Shown piece by piece: positions 8,816-14,571 of a stretch of 38,615 nucleotides of DNA. The stretch is from a virus. A program made the translations under genes and the position numbers. The stretch is taken from positions 1 through 38,615 of the IMG/VR virus record IMGVR_UViG_3300001989_000001, one strand, 5' to 3'. The notes beneath the pieces were generated by a model. That model did not search any database and was not told where the DNA came from. It saw only the letters and a program-made list of their open reading frames with translations. Within the stretch, counting starts at the first letter, position 1; each line of letters starts with the position of its first letter.

Positions 8816-8975
8816 TTTTCTTTTTATTAAGCCACTTACGCAGCAGGTTATTGATTAACTCTGACCTGTTAAGATCTTTGGTTGCCAAATACAGATCTGT
8901 ATCAATGTAAGTATTAACAACCGTTTTCCCGTCCGGATTCGATTTGGGGCGTCCTTGCCCTGCTTTATTACTCAT
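8808..8975 (-). CDS. Small ribbon-helix-helix-like DNA-binding protein (55 aa; below the ORF-track cutoff)
   Basis: Hand translation: MSNKAGQGRPKSNPDGKTVVNTYIDTDLYLATKDLNRSELINNLLRKWLNKKKNG. It has an ATGA overlap with the upstream stop and an 8-nt overlap with the downstream start. The order is beta strand then two helices. Confidence 0.55.
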   Translation of the reverse strand: MSNKAGQGRPKSNPDGKTVVNTYIDTDLYLATKDLNRSELINNLLRKWLNKKKNG

Positions 8976-9235
8976 AGTTTAACTGTTTTCTTTTTCCTTG
9001 GTGCTGCCTTCAATAGTTTGGCGCGTAATTTAATACCATCATCTTTATCGTCATAACACCATACATGGAACGGATTAGGGGCATTAGTTACCTTTACATA
9101 AAGCTCCTGACCTCCTGCGCATGTAATACTTTCTTTTACAACCTCCCCAGTAAACGGCTGTGATACCGCATGTGGTATGTTCACCCCTTCTAACACCCTT
9201 ATTTTATCCCCTACCTTAAACCTTCTCTTTGGCAT
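8972..9235 (-). CDS. Hypothetical small protein (paralogue-like to 9554..9787)
   Basis: ORF track, 87 aa. Shares a VGD.I.V..G.N...F.G pattern and a later WCY/YCY with 9554..9787. Confidence 0.65.
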   Translation of the reverse strand: MPKRRFKVGDKIRVLEGVNIPHAVSQPFTGEVVKESITCAGGQELYVKVTNAPNPFHVWCYDDKDDGIKLRAKLLKAAPRKKKTVKL

Positions 9236-9246
9236 AATAGTTTGTT

Positions 9247-9561
9247 TTAATCGTTATCAAAAACATCATATCTACAGGCAATATCATACATTTCTTTACG
9301 CATCCTTAAAGTACGTGTATTTCCATCGTATTTATTGAACTGCCTTTCGTATTTCATACCTGGAAGTATCCATTTATTGTTGGGGTCATTCCTCCATTTG
9401 ACAAGTATACGCGCATCTGCAAAGCTAATTTTACCTGGTGTACCTACATATTTACCAGGAACATAATAGCCACTATCTATCCATTCTGTTATTTCATCCC
9501 ATAAGTCATCCCTATATTTTTTCCTGGCAGTATAAATACCAGAATGAATTGTTTCAGTCAT
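9247..9561 (-). CDS. Hypothetical protein
   Basis: ORF track, 104 aa, 8-nt overlap with the upstream gene. Confidence 0.65.
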   Translation of the reverse strand: MTETIHSGIYTARKKYRDDLWDEITEWIDSGYYVPGKYVGTPGKISFADARILVKWRNDPNNKWILPGMKYERQFNKYDGNTRTLRMRKEMYDIACRYDVFDND

Positions 9562-9787
9562 TGTTTGCGGATTTAATTATTTCAACATTAAACTCGTTCC
9601 CCCTACCTGGATAAGGATAGCAATACATTCCAAATTCATAATCAGGATGAGAAACAATAATGCATGGCTGAAATAGACACTTTTTATCTACTTCTGTTAT
9701 AATGCCCAGAAATGGCATTGTGTTAGCTACATTTGCACCTGTATGCACTATCACTAAATCACCTACATTATATTCCTGTTGTGACAT
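9554..9787 (-). CDS. Hypothetical small protein
   Basis: ORF track, 77 aa. First gene of the leftward accessory unit. Confidence 0.65.
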   Translation of the reverse strand: MSQQEYNVGDLVIVHTGANVANTMPFLGIITEVDKKCLFQPCIIVSHPDYEFGMYCYPYPGRGNEFNVEIIKSANND

Positions 9788-9814
9788 ATTTAATCATTTC
9801 TGCAAACCTAATAC

Positions 9815-9866
9815 TAATTACGCAAATAAAAAAATAAACTTTCTTAAATAATTATTTGCGCAATTA
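9815..9866. promoter_or_regulatory. 15-bp inverted repeat (operator-like) in the divergent control region
   Basis: TAATTACGCAAATAA (9815-9829) matches the reverse complement of TTATTTGCGCAATTA (9852-9866) at 14 of 15 positions. The spacer is 22 bp. An exact third copy lies at 23730-23744. Confidence 0.55.
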
Positions 9867-9886
9867 AATAATTCATCTTATCTTTG
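9855..9886 (+). promoter_or_regulatory. Bacteroidota-type promoter of the rightward accessory cassette
   Basis: TTTG (9855-9858), a 20-nt spacer, then TATCTTTG (9879-9886). This is the TTTG/TAnnTTTG consensus, 28 nt upstream of the ATG at 9914. Confidence 0.6.
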
Positions 9887-9913
9887 TTTTATCAATTCAA
9901 AAACACACGAAAT

Positions 9914-10180
9914 ATGGCACACGCAAACTTAACCGAACAGCTTAAACAAATTGGCATCTATGAAGGTGCTGTACTTAATTGTTTTTACACTACCGGGGAG
10001 CAGCACGGATCAATAACCATTACCCGTGTAACTGAAAAATCAGTATTTCATGCTAAGCACGGATTAGGTAATGGTGAATTTCGTGATTCCCATCTCACCG
10101 TTATAAAGAACGTAACTAAGCTGAATGTTTGGCGTCCTACATTCAATAAAGTGATTGGGGGAAAATCGATTATAAAATAA
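9914..10180 (+). CDS. Hypothetical protein
   Basis: ORF track frame. The ATG at 9914 (MAHANLTEQ...) was chosen because the track start at 9884 is TTG lying inside the -7 box. Confidence 0.65.
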   Translation: MAHANLTEQLKQIGIYEGAVLNCFYTTGEQHGSITITRVTEKSVFHAKHGLGNGEFRDSHLTVIKNVTKLNVWRPTFNKVIGGKSIIK

Positions 10181-10192
10181 TTCATCACCTAC

Positions 10193-10207
10193 CAGGGCTC
10201 GGCCCTG
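10193..10207 (+). promoter_or_regulatory. Intergenic GC hairpin 1 of the rightward cassette
   Basis: CAGGGC tcg GCCCTG. TTAAA follows at 10210, then 14 nt to the ATG at 10224. Confidence 0.45.
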
Positions 10208-10223
10208 TCTTAAATCATACAAT

Positions 10224-10376
10224 ATGGTACCGGAATCAAGAGTGAACGAGTTCATAAGAAAATATACAGGTGCTGATAAAAGAGAGTTGCGGGATAGGAT
10301 AAAATCCTTAAAGAAGAAAAGTAAGACAACAGCCGTACAGGCGGAAATAAAAGCCATAACGGCGCTATTAGCATAA
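10224..10376 (+). CDS. Hypothetical 50-aa basic protein (below the ORF-track cutoff)
   Basis: Hand translation: MVPESRVNEFIRKYTGADKRELRDRIKSLKKKSKTTAVQAEIKAITALLA. It fills the gap between two hairpin-punctuated spacers in the same orientation as its neighbours. Confidence 0.5.
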   Translation: MVPESRVNEFIRKYTGADKRELRDRIKSLKKKSKTTAVQAEIKAITALLA

Positions 10377-10387
10377 TTAATTCACCT

Positions 10388-10407
10388 GCCGGGCTTACGG
10401 GCCCGGC
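10388..10407 (+). promoter_or_regulatory. Intergenic GC hairpin 2
   Basis: GCCGGGC ttacgg GCCCGGC. TTAAA follows at 10408, then 15 nt to the ATG at 10423. Confidence 0.45.
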
Positions 10408-10422
10408 TTAAAACACTATTCC

Positions 10423-10653
10423 ATGAAAAAATATTACTTCCCTGTTGGGCGTTATGGACCAACACCAGATATTGTAAATGCTAAGGATTTTTGGGGTTAT
10501 GCTATGCATTTAAGAATAATACAATTGCGTAATTGCTTGTCAGCACGGCGCATGTTTCATGATTCGGTTGAAAAGGTCGAATGGGATGTGCATATTTCTA
10601 ATATTATAAAAACCATCCGTTTTTGTAAAAACCGGTTAGCTTCTTATAATTAA
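10423..10653 (+). CDS. Hypothetical protein
   Basis: ORF track, 76 aa. Confidence 0.65.
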   Translation: MKKYYFPVGRYGPTPDIVNAKDFWGYAMHLRIIQLRNCLSARRMFHDSVEKVEWDVHISNIIKTIRFCKNRLASYN

Positions 10654-10660
10654 CTTATTT

Positions 10661-10672
10661 GGCCTTCGGGCC
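10661..10672 (+). promoter_or_regulatory. Intergenic GC hairpin 3 (UUCG tetraloop)
   Basis: GGCC ttcg GGCC. TTAAA follows at 10677, then 15 nt to the ATG at 10692. Confidence 0.45.
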
Positions 10673-10691
10673 TGGTTTAAATCTTTATATA

Positions 10692-10970
10692 ATGGCAAAA
10701 TCTGACAAACCACAGACGAGATATATCGCAGTCCTGCATCCTAAAAGGGGTTATACTAACTGCGGATACGGCGATGTATTAAATCGTCGTTGGAGAGGCA
10801 AGAAACAATTCCATAGCCTATCTGATGCCCTTATATGGATAGATAAGGTGAGGGGAACAATGCATAAACATAAAAGGCCCTGGCGCGCATTCCAGGTATT
10901 GCAGCATAAGAACTACGAAACTGAAACGCTTATTTTTGCATATATGGAAAACGAAACAATTGTAATATAA
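10692..10970 (+). CDS. Hypothetical protein
   Basis: ORF track frame. The ATG at 10692 (MAKSDKPQ...) is preferred because the track start at 10659 lies inside hairpin 3. Confidence 0.65.
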   Translation: MAKSDKPQTRYIAVLHPKRGYTNCGYGDVLNRRWRGKKQFHSLSDALIWIDKVRGTMHKHKRPWRAFQVLQHKNYETETLIFAYMENETIVI

Positions 10971-11006
10971 CACGCCTCATATCCGCTGTGTAAATACAAA
11001 ACAATA

Positions 11007-11366
11007 ATGAGACTTACGTATAAGAAACTTATTGAGTACATTAACCAAGCACTTGAAAGAGTGGGGGCAAATGACATAGAAGCATTTGAGGCCTATAATC
11101 CAAGATTTAGGGGACAAGATATTGAGAATGGGGCGGCGCTGATAATTGTTAGGTTTGGCGCTAAGGGTGAAAATATGTTCGGTAGTGCGGAAATGTTTTC
11201 GTTCTGTTATACAATAAAAGATTTTGAACGGGAGCTGAACAAAGGCGCAGTAATCGGCTTTGATCTTAACCCAAGATTTGGACGCTTAGGCGGATGGAAT
11301 GATGCAGAAATAAAACCTGTTTACTTAAAACCGCACCCGCTACGGACACGGGCAAATAATGGATAG
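11007..11366 (+). CDS. Hypothetical protein
   Basis: ORF track, 119 aa. Confidence 0.65.
   Translation: MRLTYKKLIEYINQALERVGANDIEAFEAYNPRFRGQDIENGAALIIVRFGAKGENMFGSAEMFSFCYTIKDFERELNKGAVIGFDLNPRFGRLGGWNDAEIKPVYLKPHPLRTRANNG
11331..11358 (+). promoter_or_regulatory. Conserved 28-nt pre-start motif, copy A (CCCG ctacggaca CGGG hairpin)
   Basis: CCGCACCCGCTACGGACACGGGCAAATA followed by the ATG at 11359. Copy B lies at 11590. Confidence 0.5.
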
Positions 11367-11589
11367 AATAATGAAAGTTTTGTTTGAAGAGGCAATCGGC
11401 GGGTTACTGGATGCGGACCCATCAGCTGTAGGGAAAATACATTTAATGGGGCCCAGCATGGATATAGATAGCACTGCCTGTGGGTTGCCAGTTGATGAAT
11501 TTATAGTCGTTGAAACAACAGGCAAAATAACATGTGATACCTGCAAGCAGTTTCAAGAATGGGCTAAAAAAGTCAGTAAAATAAAATAA
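11359..11589 (+). CDS. Hypothetical protein
   Basis: ORF track, 76 aa. Confidence 0.65.
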   Translation: MDRIMKVLFEEAIGGLLDADPSAVGKIHLMGPSMDIDSTACGLPVDEFIVVETTGKITCDTCKQFQEWAKKVSKIK

Positions 11590-11616
11590 CCGAACCGGCT
11601 ACGGACACCGGAAGTA
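11590..11616 (+). promoter_or_regulatory. Conserved pre-start motif, copy B (CCGG ctacggaca CCGG hairpin)
   Basis: CCGAACCGGCTACGGACACCGGAAGTA followed by the ATG at 11617. The stem differs from copy A by a compensatory C-G to G-C swap. Confidence 0.5.
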
Positions 11617-11859
11617 ATGAAAAATTTAAGTATAAATCAATGGGCCAGTAAGGTAGAAGCATTAAAGAAAAAGCACAAGCTCACACCAAAATACCTTACA
11701 GCGGAAATTCACTACCGGAACCATACACATCTGGATTGTGCACGGATAATATATGTATTATATTTAGATGATCCAAGGATGATTATTGAAAACGCACACC
11801 CACATCTATGCCTTAGCTACGCAGAAGAATTAATAACATCAATAAAATTATCAACATGA
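11617..11859 (+). CDS. Hypothetical protein, tandem paralogue 1
   Basis: MKNLSINQW...KKHKLTPKYL...IHYRNHTH aligns with MKNLTIKQW...EKHGLTQSYM...IQYREHTA of the next gene. Confidence 0.7.
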   Translation: MKNLSINQWASKVEALKKKHKLTPKYLTAEIHYRNHTHLDCARIIYVLYLDDPRMIIENAHPHLCLSYAEELITSIKLST

Positions 11860-12110
11860 AAAATCTTACTATAAAACAATGGACGCGAATCTGTAAAAAG
11901 GTTCAGGAAAAGCACGGACTGACACAATCCTACATGTGCGTAAACATCCAATATCGTGAACATACTGCACATGGATGGGTGCCTTTTGTGGAGTATGGTA
12001 TATATTTCAGTGAGCTGGGCATTGCCACCGAATGGGATCAGGATTGGAAGAAATGTATCCGTATTATTGAGGCACAAATTTTATTGTATAAATCACGTAA
12101 ACAAGATTAA
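11856..12110 (+). CDS. Hypothetical protein, tandem paralogue 2
   Basis: See 11617..11859. The start overlaps the upstream stop by 4 nt. Confidence 0.7.
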   Translation: MKNLTIKQWTRICKKVQEKHGLTQSYMCVNIQYREHTAHGWVPFVEYGIYFSELGIATEWDQDWKKCIRIIEAQILLYKSRKQD

Positions 12111-12111
12111 T

Positions 12112-12348
12112 ATGGATAGGACTATGATCCAGTGTCTTATAGAGTTGCCGGAACCATACAGAACTGAGGCGCTTAATAATATACCAGAAAACACACCAAA
12201 TTACATGTGCCGTAGTGTATGTGATGCCCTGGCGCGTGCATTCGTATGGTGGAAAACGCCACAGGGAACTAATTATTGGATGGAAATATTTATTTCATTC
12301 CTTCAAAAACTGCATAATGACCAAAACGAATGTGCCGACAATTCATAA
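12112..12348 (+). CDS. Hypothetical protein
   Basis: ORF track frame 11956..12348. The ATG at 12112 (MDRTMIQCLIELPEPYR...) lies 1 nt after the upstream stop. Confidence 0.6.
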   Translation: MDRTMIQCLIELPEPYRTEALNNIPENTPNYMCRSVCDALARAFVWWKTPQGTNYWMEIFISFLQKLHNDQNECADNS

Positions 12349-12592
12349 GCTGGCAGGTCTTATTCTTCAGGAATCTGGCTATAGCGGACTGATAACGGCA
12401 GCTTTTGAGGAAAACGCGCTGGTATTCAGGTTCAAGGAGAAATGGCAAGGAGAGGCAGCTATGTTTGAATTAAAGAGGTTGGCAAAGAAACATAGATTGC
12501 TGTTTGACCTGTCATTATTTTTTATAAACGGGAAACATACCATTATATTGGTTGAACGGGGAAATGGCGTAAAAACACTATTAAGGAGTTAA
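12317..12592 (+). CDS. Hypothetical protein (last gene of the rightward cassette)
   Basis: ORF track frame 12215..12592. The ATG at 12317 (MTKTNVPTIHKL...) was chosen. Its 3' end overlaps the convergent 12581..13414 by 12 nt. Confidence 0.6.
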   Translation: MTKTNVPTIHKLAGLILQESGYSGLITAAFEENALVFRFKEKWQGEAAMFELKRLAKKHRLLFDLSLFFINGKHTIILVERGNGVKTLLRS

Positions 12593-13414
12593 TCTTACAA
12601 GGCGTCCGGAAGCATCTCTCTCTGCTTCATAAATAACCTTGCATAAACAGTTGCAGATGTTTCCGGCACTTCCTTCCTGATCTCCGGGATAAAGCATAAA
12701 TTCCCCACCCGTTTTACTGGGAACGAGAAACCTTTCATCCTGGCGCACCGTAACCATGTGCATATTGAAATGATCAAATTGATCTTTTGGTAACCTCCTG
12801 GTGCTCCAACGACGGGCACTTATCCATCGTTTTATGAGCACCAAGCCTGTTTGGTTGGCGGCAACGGTAGCGCCAAAGCTGGCAGCACCTAAAGACTCAG
12901 TGCGCGTTATCAGGCGGGCGCGGGCATCATTTACATCAGGCGATAATAGCAACCTCCTGGTGTCCCATACGTCCAGCCCTTGATCCTGTGCTTTCTGTAA
13001 CAGTATATTGATCCGCTGTTGCTCTGTGCGGGTCATTTGGGTTATTTTCCTGGCCGATATAATATCAAAAAATCCCTGTATCAATCCCCTCCATATAGAA
13101 TTGAACCCAAAGGATTTATTTTGCCTTATCTCCGGATAAAGCGCCAATAAATTACCATATTCGCTATTGGCTGAATCCAGACCAACGGCAATCCACAGTT
13201 TATTGATAGATTTTATGGTGTTTGTGGACCGATATAAAGAAGGAGCCAGCACTAGTGTCTCAGCTATACTATGTGAAGTGAGGTAATCCAGAACCGGCTT
13301 TAAATCGGCCTGGATAGCGGATAATATCCGGGGTGCCCACTGCTTTTCATATCGGATCTGTTGCCGCTGTAGCTGCCGAAAGCGCTTATTTATCTGTACC
13401 GTTATCATTTTCAT
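12581..13414 (-). CDS. Head morphogenesis protein, Mu F / SPP1 gp7-like
   Basis: 277 aa with ITRTESLGAASFGATVAANQ, KRWISARRWSTRR and a C-terminal GNICNCLCKV (NCxC) region, typical of the Phage_Mu_F family. Confidence 0.75.
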   Translation of the reverse strand: MKMITVQINKRFRQLQRQQIRYEKQWAPRILSAIQADLKPVLDYLTSHSIAETLVLAPSLYRSTNTIKSINKLWIAVGLDSANSEYGNLLALYPEIRQNKSFGFNSIWRGLIQGFFDIISARKITQMTRTEQQRINILLQKAQDQGLDVWDTRRLLLSPDVNDARARLITRTESLGAASFGATVAANQTGLVLIKRWISARRWSTRRLPKDQFDHFNMHMVTVRQDERFLVPSKTGGEFMLYPGDQEGSAGNICNCLCKVIYEAERDASGRLVRLTP

Positions 13415-13784
13415 GATTGAATGGCGATCTAAATTTTATTGGATCTAGGGAGGGAAGGTACAATTTATCAAGGGACTCATAAACACCCTTTGATGCTTTA
13501 TTGATGGCTATTTTATTTAGGTCGGCCTCCGGGATAAAATACTCAGGCCCATCCAGATCATTTCCCGTTGTTGCCATCTGCGGGCCAAATATAACCCCTC
13601 CGGATGGGTGCGGCGGAATAGGGTTGTTTCCTGATGATAGCTGATGAGCTGCCAACATGAGCTGTATATATTGTGAAATCCTGGTTTTAGTTTCCTCCCT
13701 GAGCCATTCCTTTTTAGCCCTGATCCGCTTGCAGTCTGACGGTGCGAATGGTATAGCTTTTTCTATGATTTCATCTATGGTCAT
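13386..13784 (-). CDS. Hypothetical protein
   Basis: ORF track, 132 aa, 4-nt overlap with the upstream glycosyltransferase gene. Confidence 0.6.
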   Translation of the reverse strand: MTIDEIIEKAIPFAPSDCKRIRAKKEWLREETKTRISQYIQLMLAAHQLSSGNNPIPPHPSGGVIFGPQMATTGNDLDGPEYFIPEADLNKIAINKASKGVYESLDKLYLPSLDPIKFRSPFNHENDNGTDK

Positions 13785-14350
13785 GTTGTTGGAATTTTTG
13801 ATGTTTTAATTAAATGATCATATTTACTCCCAGGGTCTTGCTCTATACCGGCACGGTAGGCGTGCATGAGGTATAGCCCCTGAGCCACTCCTAATTTACC
13901 ATTATTCCGCCGCACTTGGGTACAAAACATGGAATCGAAATGCGGGGTGTTCTCTTTAAAGCCCCGGCATAGCTCCCATGTCTTTTTCTGGAAGATCATA
14001 CAGGCCGCCGCAATCGGGCCGCTTGTAGGCGCCACTAAATCGTAATACCGGCCTTTACGGTCAGCTGCCACCTCTTTATGAAAGATCAGATTATAATTTG
14101 TACTTGGATAGGTTCCCACCAGCTGAGCGGATACGCAACAACGGCTGAGCATGGCACCTATTACCATATATTTATTATAGTTTTTACTTATAATATCCTC
14201 AATCTGCTTTCCCCAATAGTCGGTAAGGAACATCACATCCCCATCCATCAGTACCACCCAATCATTGGCGTCAGGTATTAAGCTCAGCTCCCGGTTGATA
14301 GCCCTACCAAAGTTTTTGCCGGTGTCCCATATAGTGCGGTAATATATCAT
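13781..14350 (-). CDS. Glycosyltransferase, GT-A fold (small, single domain)
   Basis: 189 aa. WVVLMDGDVMF is a DxD motif in a context resembling GT2-type transferases (GKNFGRAINRELSLIPDANDW...). Confidence 0.6.
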   Translation of the reverse strand: MIYYRTIWDTGKNFGRAINRELSLIPDANDWVVLMDGDVMFLTDYWGKQIEDIISKNYNKYMVIGAMLSRCCVSAQLVGTYPSTNYNLIFHKEVAADRKGRYYDLVAPTSGPIAAACMIFQKKTWELCRGFKENTPHFDSMFCTQVRRNNGKLGVAQGLYLMHAYRAGIEQDPGSKYDHLIKTSKIPTT

Positions 14351-14547
14351 AATTTCACATTATCTATTTCCTTACTTTTCATTTTGTTGAAAAGCCTTAA
14401 TCCAGACCGGGCGGCAATGGCATTGTGTATCATATCCACCATGTGCCCCATTTGCTGCCTTTCATTCATGCATTCTTCCGGCAGCTGGACAAACTTATTC
14501 CAAAAGGCCTGCATGTGCTCTATAAGCTCTTTTTCTTTCTTTGTCAT
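14347..14547 (-). CDS. Hypothetical small protein
   Basis: ORF track, 66 aa, 4-nt overlap downstream. Confidence 0.55.
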   Translation of the reverse strand: MTKKEKELIEHMQAFWNKFVQLPEECMNERQQMGHMVDMIHNAIAARSGLRLFNKMKSKEIDNVKL

Positions 14548-14571
14548 AATAATGTTATTAAAATGTGATAA

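Noticed and set aside
10064-10357. Minus-strand 97-aa ORF inside the rightward cassette
   Set aside because: It is antisense to 9914..10180 and to the 50-aa ORF, and it crosses hairpin 1. All neighbours, the promoter and the spacer architecture point rightward.
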